Shown: one piece after another, positions 8,548 through 17,718 of the stretch
How the letters are laid out: every line of letters begins with the position of its first letter
Numbering within the stretch: position 1 is the first letter of the stretch
Assembly: GCA_964506805.1 (NCBI GenBank)
Contig: CAZDMD010000001.1
Span: forward strand, 1-55,892
Direction: 5' to 3'
Length of the DNA: 55,892 bases
From: an uncultured Vampirovibrionales bacterium
GTDB lineage: Bacteria; Cyanobacteriota; Vampirovibrionia; Vampirovibrionales; JAJTHC01
Notes under the pieces: model-generated
What the model was told of the DNA's origin: nothing
The model's database searches: none
The model's input: the letters and a program-made list of their open reading frames with translations, nothing else
Position numbers and translations under genes: made by a program

Positions 8548-9519
8548 TTGCTTTTAGGGGTTATAATGTCTGCTAAACAAAAATTCAATAAGCCTCCTCT
8601 TGAATATCAAAAGCAATTAGAAAAGCTTAAACAAAGAGGTATGAGTTTTCAAAATGAAACAGAAGCTATGCACTTGTTAGAGCATGTGAATTATTTTCGC
8701 TTTACCCCCTACTGGATACCCTTTCAAAAAGATGCTTCAAAACATTTATTTCATGAAGGAACCTGTTTTGAACAAATTCAAGCCCTTTACCAATTTGACA
8801 CAAAATTACGTCAACTTCTTTTTGAAGCGATTGAAAAAATAGAAGTATCTATACGTGCTAAATGGGCGTATGAAATTTCTCTAAGGCATGGCGCACATGC
8901 TCATTTACATCTTAAGTTCTTTGTAAGTTCTTCAAAGTACCAAAAAGATTTAAAAGATTTATACAAGGCGATTGATCAAGCTAAAGACAAAGAAGAGTTT
9001 GTGAAACATTATCTCAATAAATATGAAGAGTCTATGCCTCCTATATGGGTGGTGTCGGAAGTTATTTCGCTAGGTTTGCTTTCGAAGCTTTACACCAACT
9101 TAGATGATATAGGGGTGTCGGGATTCAATACGTCTGCTAAAAAAGCTATTGCTGGAGCCTATCAGATTGATTTCGAATTTTTGGAATCATGGCTTCATGT
9201 GTTGACTCAAGTGAGAAACTTTTCAGCACATCATGCACGATTATGGAATCGAGAGTTTAAAAGAACGCCTAAGCTTGTTATAAACAAGCCTAGTGCTTTA
9301 AAGGGTCAATTCGTGCAAGGCTCACGTAGGCTTTACAATGTTCTTGTGTTGATGCTTTATCTGATGGATCAAATTGATAGCAACAGTAGTTTTAGAAAAC
9401 GCCTCAAAACTCTATTGCTTTCAGAACATGGTTACTTGCCTCAAATGGGATTCCCTAGTGATTGGCAGAACAAAACAATATGGCATTTCAAAACTTCTAC
9501 GATGAAAGTCAATCTATAA
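8548..9519 (+). CDS. Abi_2 (AbiD/AbiF-like) abortive-infection family protein
   Basis: HVNYFRFTPYWIPF near the N-terminus and VRNFSAHHARLWNREF later, as in Abi_2/AbiD-F proteins. TTG start 8548 follows ggagg; the alternative ATG is at 8566. Confidence 0.8.
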   Translation: MLLGVIMSAKQKFNKPPLEYQKQLEKLKQRGMSFQNETEAMHLLEHVNYFRFTPYWIPFQKDASKHLFHEGTCFEQIQALYQFDTKLRQLLFEAIEKIEVSIRAKWAYEISLRHGAHAHLHLKFFVSSSKYQKDLKDLYKAIDQAKDKEEFVKHYLNKYEESMPPIWVVSEVISLGLLSKLYTNLDDIGVSGFNTSAKKAIAGAYQIDFEFLESWLHVLTQVRNFSAHHARLWNREFKRTPKLVINKPSALKGQFVQGSRRLYNVLVLMLYLMDQIDSNSSFRKRLKTLLLSEHGYLPQMGFPSDWQNKTIWHFKTSTMKVNL

Positions 9520-9563
9520 ATTGACAAGATATAGCATTTTGTCAATTTATAGGTTGATTTTTT
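9518..9563 (+). terminator. Hairpin plus T-run immediately after the Abi gene
   Basis: aaattgacaa (9518-9527) pairs with ttgtcaattt (9539-9548), followed by gattttttg. Confidence 0.45.
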
Positions 9564-9810
9564 GAATCGGTAGCTTTTACCCAAAACTTCCCATTGACGG
9601 ATGCGTGAACTTTGCCAACATAAGGTTTACACTATATTTCCAAATTGTTTTTACCTCACCCCTCCCCCTATGGCGAAACCTGCGAAAGTTTAGATTCTGA
9701 TTTCACCCAATCACGCCGTGCCAAACTGGTGAGGGCAATGGAGGACTTATCTTCTAACAGCCATAGCTGGTACTGCAGATACAACCCCACCGCTTCCAGA
9801 CGCCTGCCCC

Positions 9811-12800
9811 CTAACTTACGACAAAGCCCGACTCATACGCCCCACGAGGCATGGCAAACGTGGGATCAATCACCAGTACGTCGTCGTAGGTGAGTTGGTA
9901 AAGTTGGTAGACCAACACATCGATTTCGGCTTCAACTTCTTTCAACTGGAAAAGGATGTCTTCTTCAACGTGTAAGCCCTCAAATTGTTGATGCTTTAAA
10001 GCAACGGCTTTATCAAACAAAGATTGAAACTGAATCAATTGTTCTTTTGAAGGAATGATAATGGGCAACTGTCTCGCATCATTTATTTGAAAATGGGAGG
10101 TATTATTTATAAAGTCCTGAACTAAATGGCTAATAAACCTTGAGTTTATAAGAAAAACAAAATATGAGTTTGGTATTTCACACTGGCTAAATAAACTCAT
10201 ACTTAAAACATCATGGACAGATTCGCTTTTGATTCTTGCCTTTAAATATGTGCTATTCACATCTGTCCAGCAGAAACCTGATTTAAAGTAAAATTGAGGA
10301 TTCCGAACAACTGGCATTCCTTCCCCCTTTTTACCTGAATTGTTTTTAAGAAAAGCGACATTGGTTTTAGTCCACGCAATACAAAAAGGGGTTTCTAAAT
10401 ACCAGCGGTTTCCGTCTTTATCCCCTTTGTCATAAGGTACGTAGTACGGTTTTGTTTCTTCAATACCCTTCGTTTTTTCCTCTTCGCTTAGGGTTTCAAC
10501 ATTCGCTATTTCGGTTTCTTCAATCAACTTGTATAAATAACCTTGTCCAAAAATATCCCTTCCATAGCGTTCCTTTAAGTCGTCAAATAATTGGGCTATT
10601 TCTGCTTCATTTAAGTCCGCTAGGTGTAATTTAACCGATTCAAGACTTGTTAAATGTTTGAGTTCGGAAATGTTTGACTTCTTAATCGCTTCTAACAATT
10701 TTTTAGGTCGGCTTTCTACAATGTTGATTGCCCATTTGGTGCTTTTACGCACCGCCACATATTTGCCGTTACTACCTGTTTGTAAGCCTACCCCTCCGTC
10801 AGTTAAGCAACCTAGCAAGGTTACATCGCCTGCCTTTAAACTATCTCGGTAAGGTTGTAGTAAACGTTGGCTTTGACTGATTTGTTTACTGGTTGAAATG
10901 GCTAGCCAGTATTTTTCATGTAATTTTTTTAAGTGATCATTATATCGAGCATAAAAACTTCTATTAGCTTGATGCGGAAAGAAAAAGACTTGATGTATAG
11001 CCTTTCTAAACATCTCGATTTCAACCATTTCTTCCTTAGGTTTATTAAAATCATTAACGGCATCTTTAAAAATAAAACTATAGTTTTCTTTCATAGGCTC
11101 TTTGTTGAAAATTGCAATGGCAGGTGAAACCATTGCATTTTCAAACACATTACTGGTTTTAATCAACTCAACCAGTCTATTTTTTTGCAACAATTCACGG
11201 ATATTTTTCTTTGAGTTGATTGACAAGTAAGTGTCAGAAGTGATATAAGCTAAAGTGCCTTTTGGCTTTAAAATAGCTTCACCTTGAGTAAAAAAGTAAT
11301 TGTATAAATCGTCCGAAATCCCATAGACTTGTTTATACTTTTTCTTTTGTGCTTCAGTCGTACCTTTGTTGGAAACATAAGGAGGATTACCAATTACCAC
11401 ATCAAAGCCATTTTTCTTAAAAACAGTATGAAAAAATAATTTAAAATCAAACTTTTCATAGACGTTCATTTTCTCGGCTTCATCAAAAATATACTTTAAG
11501 TTCTCTTCAATCTCTCTTTTCATAACCTCTTTTTTATCAATGTCTGTACATGAAAATAATTTTTCTTGTAATTTATTTAATCTTTCCTTTCGTTCTAAAG
11601 AAATTGGAACACCGTCTAACCCCACAAGGGAATCTCCAGCCATTAGCTTATAGTCCATGTTGGGTAGGGGGTTAATGCGCAGGTTGGCTTCTAGTTCTTG
11701 ATCCACCACCAAGGCGAGCCAAAAGCGTAGCTTGGCAATTTCAATGGCGCCTGCGTCAATATCCACGCCGTAAATGCAATTTTCAATCGCATGGCGTTTT
11801 AGTTCGTAGGGGGTACGTTTAGGCGAAGGTGGCAAGTGTTCGGTTAAGGCTATTCTCGCTCGCACCAGCTCGTGTAGCATCCCCACGGGGAAGGCTCCTG
11901 AACCAATGGCAGGGTCGCACACGGTAATGGTGGCAAGGGCATCATCGAGGGCGGGGGCGTGGGTTTTAATGCTTTGGGGTAGGGCATCTTCTTTTTCGTG
12001 CTTCTTTTTATAATTGCCCCCTGCCAATTCCACAAAGGTGCGTAGGTCTTCCAAGGGGGTGGCTTCCACTTGGGTGTGCAGGTATTGAATCAGACTTTCT
12101 TGGCACATATAATGCACGATTTCTCGGGGGGTGTAGAAGGCTCCCTTGCTTTTGCGGTCTTTGACTTCCAGCAATTCTTCAAACACTTTGCCGAGCATTT
12201 CAGGGTCGACGGCGACTTCTTTTTCAAGCGGTTCGTCTTCTTTTACCGTAAAATTGTAAAGATTAAACGTGTCAAAAATCTCTTTAAATATCGCATTGTC
12301 AATGGTGATGTCTGTATCACCCCACTTGTACTCTTGCAACGGTTCAAACAGTCCCCCATTCAAAAAGGGAATACGACATTGAGTTGTCTCAAACCATGCC
12401 TCTTTACCTCTGTCAGTATTCAGAGCTTCGTAAAACAGGGGTTCGACAATCTCATTAAAAAAGTTGTCATACGGCTTGTATTTTCGTTCAAAAAGATTTT
12501 GCAGGAAGTTTTTATCACCCGTTCCCCATGCTTGCCCCTTCGCCACCCCGAGCCATCCTTTTTTTTGCAGAAACTGTAAAAACACCAGTTGCCCGAGCGT
12601 CTTTTTCGCAAAGTCGGCTAGGTGAATGTGGTGTTTGTCAAAGTCGGCTTTAATTTTAGCATCCGTGAATTGCAGGCGTTCGAGTTCTTCGTACAAGGCT
12701 TCGTATAGTTTTTTGTACTTTTCAAAGAACTCTTTAGAAACTTTTTCAACACTAAAGGCTTCTTGCAAATCTTCAAGGGTTATAACGGAATTACGCTTAG

Positions 12801-13350
12801 TTGATTTATCTAAACAGGTTAATAATCTTTCTGTTGCAGTGTGGATGCCTTCATTTTTGCCCACTAAAAATGAATGTCGTTTGGCTTGGCTTTTGGCTTT
12901 AAAGTTGATGTTTTTCTTTTTGACTTCATCAAATCGAGTTAGATAATCCAACGTTACAAGGGAAAGTCGCCACTGCTCCAAATCGTCGTCATGTACAAAA
13001 GCAACTAAGGCTCCATCTCGTAATTTACCACCTCGTCCACCTTCTAAATACCACGCCACAAAATCCCTTTGGTTCACTTTGAGTTCTTTTACTGAATGTC
13101 TATTCTGCAAATGAACAACAAGAACATCGATGATTACTTCTCTTGCGTTAGTGTCTTCATACACATATTGATGAATACGTTGATATTTTTTTACAAGTTT
13201 TCTAAATTGAAACTCTATAACATTACCTTTTAACTCCCCTGTTGGATTTGGGTTATCTGTGGGGAGTAGGTTCCGAACAAAGGCTTCAAAATGCTTCGGG
13301 TCAAAACGATTTTTCAATAATTGAGTAAGATCTTCTTTATTAGACATCAT
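9811..13350 (-). CDS. Large Eco57I/type IIG-like N6-adenine DNA methyltransferase with a C-terminal target-recognition region
   Basis: Helical linker LVFLQFLQKKGWLG, FYTPREIV, motif I VCDPAIGSGAFPV, motif IV VIGNPPYV, then about 500 aa of TRD-like sequence. It starts 3 nt after the stop of the helicase gene. Confidence 0.85.
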   Translation of the reverse strand: MMSNKEDLTQLLKNRFDPKHFEAFVRNLLPTDNPNPTGELKGNVIEFQFRKLVKKYQRIHQYVYEDTNAREVIIDVLVVHLQNRHSVKELKVNQRDFVAWYLEGGRGGKLRDGALVAFVHDDDLEQWRLSLVTLDYLTRFDEVKKKNINFKAKSQAKRHSFLVGKNEGIHTATERLLTCLDKSTKRNSVITLEDLQEAFSVEKVSKEFFEKYKKLYEALYEELERLQFTDAKIKADFDKHHIHLADFAKKTLGQLVFLQFLQKKGWLGVAKGQAWGTGDKNFLQNLFERKYKPYDNFFNEIVEPLFYEALNTDRGKEAWFETTQCRIPFLNGGLFEPLQEYKWGDTDITIDNAIFKEIFDTFNLYNFTVKEDEPLEKEVAVDPEMLGKVFEELLEVKDRKSKGAFYTPREIVHYMCQESLIQYLHTQVEATPLEDLRTFVELAGGNYKKKHEKEDALPQSIKTHAPALDDALATITVCDPAIGSGAFPVGMLHELVRARIALTEHLPPSPKRTPYELKRHAIENCIYGVDIDAGAIEIAKLRFWLALVVDQELEANLRINPLPNMDYKLMAGDSLVGLDGVPISLERKERLNKLQEKLFSCTDIDKKEVMKREIEENLKYIFDEAEKMNVYEKFDFKLFFHTVFKKNGFDVVIGNPPYVSNKGTTEAQKKKYKQVYGISDDLYNYFFTQGEAILKPKGTLAYITSDTYLSINSKKNIRELLQKNRLVELIKTSNVFENAMVSPAIAIFNKEPMKENYSFIFKDAVNDFNKPKEEMVEIEMFRKAIHQVFFFPHQANRSFYARYNDHLKKLHEKYWLAISTSKQISQSQRLLQPYRDSLKAGDVTLLGCLTDGGVGLQTGSNGKYVAVRKSTKWAINIVESRPKKLLEAIKKSNISELKHLTSLESVKLHLADLNEAEIAQLFDDLKERYGRDIFGQGYLYKLIEETEIANVETLSEEEKTKGIEETKPYYVPYDKGDKDGNRWYLETPFCIAWTKTNVAFLKNNSGKKGEGMPVVRNPQFYFKSGFCWTDVNSTYLKARIKSESVHDVLSMSLFSQCEIPNSYFVFLINSRFISHLVQDFINNTSHFQINDARQLPIIIPSKEQLIQFQSLFDKAVALKHQQFEGLHVEEDILFQLKEVEAEIDVLVYQLYQLTYDDVLVIDPTFAMPRGAYESGFVVS

Positions 13351-13353
13351 GGG

Positions 13354-16300
13354 TTAGGCATCCTTTTTTGGGGGGATTAAGGCATTAGAAAGAATCACTT
13401 GACGTGGGGCATCTTCCCAGTTACTTTGGTTATTTTTTCCTTTGGGTAGCGGAATCACGTTCATCAAGTGGTGATAGGCTTGAAGGTTGTCTTGCGTCCG
13501 TTCGAGGGCTTCTCTCATTTTTTTAAGTATCGCTGGTGCGTAGCCGTCTTCTTGCACATGTTTTAGCACAATACCCAAGGTGTGGCGTTGTTCATCCACC
13601 AGCTTGGGGTCATTCAGTAAGGCTCTTAAAAATTCATATACTTTTTTGGCAGTGCCTGTTAGCTTCGCATGGCGTTCATGGTTTTCGGCTTCAAGCTCTT
13701 CAGCGGTGTAGTAGTGTTCTTTGTTTGCTTCAAGCATGGGGTGATACTGTGAAGGTCGTTTTTGCTTGGGCGTGCCTTCGGGGCAGTCAAAATAACGCAC
13801 GGCTTCAGCAAAATCGAGCTCTTGGCTTTGCTTGTTGTGGTGGATCACAAACTTTTTATGCCTGCCTTCTTTAAACAGGGTGATTAACGCCTCTTCTTCA
13901 AGCCCTTCAAACGTTCGGGCGGAATAGCATTTTTTAGGGAGCTTTTGTATTCGTTCCCAGCGTGGGGTGTCTTCATCTCGAATACGGCGAATCAATTTAA
14001 GGTATTTTAATTCAGCGTTTGGATCCTCTTCTCCTTCTTGATAGGTGTCCGTATCGTTTAGTTTTGTAAACAAGCCATGCGACGTAAACTCTTCATTTTC
14101 TGAAAGGTATTGAGCATCTTCACCGAGTGCATTATGAAAGGCTTGAATCTTGGCGGTGATGCTTTCTTCAAGGCTTAGGTGTTCGTTCGTTTTAGCCGTT
14201 GGGAAGATGTTGAAAATATGAATATCGCTAAAGGTAGACCCGACACGATTCACCCGTCCCACACGTTGCAAGACTTTAGTGGGGTTCCATGGTAAATCGT
14301 AATTGATGATGATGTTGGATCGGTGCAAGTTGACTCCTTCAGCTAGTACATCGGTGGTGACTAAAATTTGAATGTCATTTTTCTGATAATGCTTGTCGCA
14401 ATTAGGGTCATAATTGGCTTCTATGATTTCACGTCCTTTTTTGCCGTCTTGGCTAGAATAGGACATCACACTTTCACCAAACGCCTCTTTCAACGCTTTT
14501 GTTAAGTCTTCGCCTGTTTCCTTGGATTCGGTGAAAATGAGGAGCTTTTTATTTTTAAGCGTTGAATTCGTTTGAAGTTCCTTGACAAAAGCTTCTTTTT
14601 TGAAGTCGGTTTTTATTTCTTTCCATTGCGATTGAAGGCTCTTCAATAAAGCCAAATCGCCTTCAAGGTCGATCATGAGTATATCTTTGAATTCTTCAAT
14701 TTTATGATGTTTGACTTTCGCATTCTCATCATGTGCATTAACAAACTTAAACAGCTCTTCTTCATTGTCGGCATCAAGGTAATCATAGACATCTATTTTT
14801 TTACTGATAAAAACCTCACCCTTTTTACACATGGCAATAAACTTTTCATAGGATTCAATCATGCGTGCTAGGGTTTTTTCAAAGGCGTACTTACTACTTT
14901 CTAAGCGTTTGACCATACGGCTTTTAATGAATCCCTTCATGTTAATCTCTGGTGCGTCACTGCGATCTGGTTTGTCTATGAGATACAAAAGCGGTGCATA
15001 ACGTGAATAAGTTAATTCTTTAATCGTGTGGATGCTTTTTTCTAAAACGGTATTAGTGGGGTCATCAAACTTATAAATAATTCGTTGCGGTGTTGAAACT
15101 GTTGGAAAATGAAGCCCTTGTTCTTTGATGTCTTCAGCATACTCAGTGATAATATCTTGACGAGTGCGTCGTTCCATAACATGTGTCAGCAATTTTGAGC
15201 GAACTTGTCGAGACGCTTCTTTAACCTGCTTTAGATAGGCATCTGAATCTTTACCCTCTTGTTCTTCAATATGTTTAATATCGCTTTTGAGTTTATTGAA
15301 AAAACCTTTTAGATTTTTAGCATCTTTAAAATCGCTTTTCAAAGGGTTCTGAAATAGAGTTAGCAAAGGATAGAAATCATAAAACGTATTGTTTAAAGGT
15401 GTTGCAGTTACAAGAATAACTTTCTTCCCTTCACAAATCGTTTTTAAATGGGCATATCGTTGTGAACTTTCGGTTCTGAAGCGGTGTGCTTCATCTACGA
15501 TAATGAGATCATAAGGGTTTGTTTTTTTTACGAGACTAGGCAGTTGCCCTGCTGATTCTACTTCATAACTAGAGACATGAAAATCCCTAAAAACGTTTTT
15601 CCAACTTTCAACCACTGGCGGGGGAGCCAGTACTAGAATCTTTCCCTGAAAACTTTGGGCAAACAGTGCCGTAATATAGGTTTTGCCTAAACCCACTACA
15701 TCTGAAATGAAAACACCATTGTACTTCTCTATTTTGTCCCGAATACGTCCAATCACATCTGTTTGATATTTTAGTTTTTTAAAATTAGAGGGTACTTTAA
15801 TATCAGAGTCACGGTCAAAATTCACTTCTTCGCCAAAGTATTCCAATAACGATTTTAAAAATAGATCATAAGGCAAAATATCATCCTTCAACCATGTCTT
15901 GTTTTGAACCGTGTCAACGTAATCTTCTGATACATCAATCGCTTTTTCCCATAAGGCATTAAAACGTTCTTCTGCATAACGAACATCGGCACTATTTTTT
16001 AGTTCTACATTAAACTCATATTGATCTTTCAAACCTGATTCAGAAAAATTGCTAGAACCTGTAATGACACTGCCATAATCCCTGTCGTCTTTAGAATAGC
16101 GTTTAATATAAAGCTTGGCATGGATGTCTTGACTTGGGTAAGCCCGTATTTCAAGTCTTCCTGCTTGAAGAAATGAAATAAACTGCTTAATACCACGTTC
16201 TACATCAAAAGAATCTTCTGAATTATCCATTTCAGTAACAAGTGCTTCAGCAAAGGATTCTTTTGTTTTTTTATGACTTTCATAATCAAGTTTTTGTTGG

Positions 16301-16533
16301 CGTGTTTGTTTGAAAGCTTTCACAACCGATGCGTTAGTATTAATACCCACAAGGATTCTTATTTTTTCAACTTGTTGAAGCTCTTCTTCTATTAAATAAA
16401 AACCACTACTTCTAAAATATCCAACCAAAACATCAAAAAATTGCACCGATTTCAAAGTTACTTTAAAGCGGTCTAACAGGGTTTGACCTTCTTCATTTGT
16501 AAAAAACGTTAAATCGGTGTGCTTTGTCATCAT
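13354..16533 (-). CDS. Fusion of an N-terminal PLD (HKD) nuclease-like domain with an SNF2/DEAH helicase
   Basis: HKD motif IHAKLYIKRY...GSSNFSESGL. Helicase motif I DVVGLGKTY, II IIVDEAHRFR, III LVTATPLNN, VI QRVGRVNRVG. Confidence 0.88.
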   Translation of the reverse strand: MMTKHTDLTFFTNEEGQTLLDRFKVTLKSVQFFDVLVGYFRSSGFYLIEEELQQVEKIRILVGINTNASVVKAFKQTRQQKLDYESHKKTKESFAEALVTEMDNSEDSFDVERGIKQFISFLQAGRLEIRAYPSQDIHAKLYIKRYSKDDRDYGSVITGSSNFSESGLKDQYEFNVELKNSADVRYAEERFNALWEKAIDVSEDYVDTVQNKTWLKDDILPYDLFLKSLLEYFGEEVNFDRDSDIKVPSNFKKLKYQTDVIGRIRDKIEKYNGVFISDVVGLGKTYITALFAQSFQGKILVLAPPPVVESWKNVFRDFHVSSYEVESAGQLPSLVKKTNPYDLIIVDEAHRFRTESSQRYAHLKTICEGKKVILVTATPLNNTFYDFYPLLTLFQNPLKSDFKDAKNLKGFFNKLKSDIKHIEEQEGKDSDAYLKQVKEASRQVRSKLLTHVMERRTRQDIITEYAEDIKEQGLHFPTVSTPQRIIYKFDDPTNTVLEKSIHTIKELTYSRYAPLLYLIDKPDRSDAPEINMKGFIKSRMVKRLESSKYAFEKTLARMIESYEKFIAMCKKGEVFISKKIDVYDYLDADNEEELFKFVNAHDENAKVKHHKIEEFKDILMIDLEGDLALLKSLQSQWKEIKTDFKKEAFVKELQTNSTLKNKKLLIFTESKETGEDLTKALKEAFGESVMSYSSQDGKKGREIIEANYDPNCDKHYQKNDIQILVTTDVLAEGVNLHRSNIIINYDLPWNPTKVLQRVGRVNRVGSTFSDIHIFNIFPTAKTNEHLSLEESITAKIQAFHNALGEDAQYLSENEEFTSHGLFTKLNDTDTYQEGEEDPNAELKYLKLIRRIRDEDTPRWERIQKLPKKCYSARTFEGLEEEALITLFKEGRHKKFVIHHNKQSQELDFAEAVRYFDCPEGTPKQKRPSQYHPMLEANKEHYYTAEELEAENHERHAKLTGTAKKVYEFLRALLNDPKLVDEQRHTLGIVLKHVQEDGYAPAILKKMREALERTQDNLQAYHHLMNVIPLPKGKNNQSNWEDAPRQVILSNALIPPKKDA

Positions 16534-16564
16534 CTTAAACTTTCATGTGATTTAAAAAATAGGC

Positions 16565-17281
16565 CTATTGGGCTATAATATCACACGCAAGCTCTAAAGG
16601 AAAAATCCATGAAACAAGCTGTTTATGGTTCATAGAAACTTTCTTCGCATGTTCTAATCCATGCTTCAACTCTTCAACTTCACAAGGATTTGAACTTAAA
16701 CGAGTATTTTTAATCTGCACTGTACCTGTTTCAGGATTTCTACGATATTCCGTACTTACTATAATATCAGAAACAGCGAGATTTATCATTTTCAAAAATT
16801 CGTTCATTTCGATGTAAAACAAACCTTCGTTTTTTGTTTTGTCTGAATTAAATAAAAAACCTGTAAAGATAAGACTTTCATTAATAGGATTGTCCGTCAC
16901 AACTGGGTCTAAGGTTATCTGAAAAATGAATGAGTGTCTTAACTGGTCACAAATAAAAGAAGCCTTTCGTCGTTCTTTATGTGTTTTGTCTGCATGGTAG
17001 AACTCATCCCATCGATGATGATTCATAATGTCTATTTTGCCTGATCCTTCTATGGATTTACGAGGTAACTTTTCTAAGGAAAATTGTTCTTTTTTAAACT
17101 CATCCGAAAGCTTGGTTTCCCAATTTAAAAGTTTATTGATGATATGTGCGACAAAAAAAACATCAAACTCCAAGTCAAAATAAGAAGACTCATAATTATG
17201 TGATGGTTGGGTGGATTTTTCAAGTATGTCTTTTGCTAAAGAATCTAACTTTACCTTATAGTAACTAGACTCATGCATCAT
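16565..17281 (-). CDS. Hypothetical 238-aa protein, first gene of the helicase/methylase operon
   Basis: ORF ending 31 nt before the helicase start on the same strand. I recognise no motif. Confidence 0.55.
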   Translation of the reverse strand: MMHESSYYKVKLDSLAKDILEKSTQPSHNYESSYFDLEFDVFFVAHIINKLLNWETKLSDEFKKEQFSLEKLPRKSIEGSGKIDIMNHHRWDEFYHADKTHKERRKASFICDQLRHSFIFQITLDPVVTDNPINESLIFTGFLFNSDKTKNEGLFYIEMNEFLKMINLAVSDIIVSTEYRRNPETGTVQIKNTRLSSNPCEVEELKHGLEHAKKVSMNHKQLVSWIFPLELACDIIAQ

Positions 17282-17292
17282 AAGATCCCCAA

Positions 17293-17313
17293 GGTTCTAA
17301 AAAATGGTGGAGG
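17293..17313 (+). repeat. Third, short remnant of the att repeat / tRNA-Ala 3' end
   Basis: ggttctaaaaaatggtggagg matches ggttctt..aaaaatggtgga at 7477-7499. tggtggagg matches the first 9 nt of the tRNA complement at 49866-49874. Confidence 0.5.
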
Positions 17314-17348
17314 ATAAAACTGATAGTATTCTAGCCATACAAGAATAA

Positions 17349-17516
17349 CAGGGAATTTACAGGGAAAATACTCAAAAAAATAGCGATTATTCGTCAGAAC
17401 ACTTGATTCAGAATACTTGAAATAGGGTGTAGAGAAGGATTTTAAAAAGCACGCTTCTAAAATTACCCTGAATTTTTCAAAAAAGAACAGGGAATATTTT
17501 AGACGAATCAGGGATT
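17349..17516. promoter_or_regulatory. Cluster of five CAGGGAAT-like iteron-type repeats (four direct, one inverted)
   Basis: cagggaat 17349-56, cagggaaa 17360-67, inverted attcaggg at 17466-73, cagggaat 17488-95, cagggatt 17509-16. All lie in a 430-nt ORF-free region next to the att remnant. Confidence 0.4.
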
Positions 17517-17718
17517 TTTCTCCAAAAACAACTTTTAATACCCCTATAGACTCGTATAATCAGGCTCGTATGCCATTGAATAAGGACGCCATGTCGCTAA
17601 AACGCTGCTATAAGCACGAAAGTTAAGCCCCTTTCGCTTACGAATATGACGCGAGACTTGCTTTTTTTATCCGTATAGAACAAGTTACTCTAGAGTTTTT
17701 TTCTTTTAGCATGGTAAA

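Noticed and set aside
9645-9893. 82-aa ORF on the plus strand
   Set aside because: It overlaps the 3' end of the 1179-aa methylase gene on the opposite strand, has a Pro/Arg/Ser-rich low-complexity translation and has no RBS. It is probably a chance ORF in a GC-richer stretch.
12070-12946. 169-aa and 106-aa plus-strand ORFs inside the methylase gene. Similar internal ORFs occur at 13536-13874, 28509-28766, 37668-38067, 38102-38371 and 41075-41386.
   Set aside because: All are antisense shadows within long, motif-supported genes and have Phe/Leu/Lys-rich low-complexity translations typical of AT-rich antisense frames.
9811-16533. Calling the PLD-SNF2 helicase plus m6A methylase a class 1 DISARM system
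   Set aside because: The defining DISARM core genes drmA (helicase) and drmB (DUF1998) are absent from the operon and from the whole window. Only the accessory-like parts are present, so I report it as an unassigned system.
17640-17718. LexA/SOS box upstream of umuD
   Set aside because: Only poor matches were found (ccgtatagaacaagtt; gaacaagttact) to either the CTGT-N8-ACAG or the GAAC-N4-GTTC consensus, and the host taxon is unknown. I did not annotate it as a feature.
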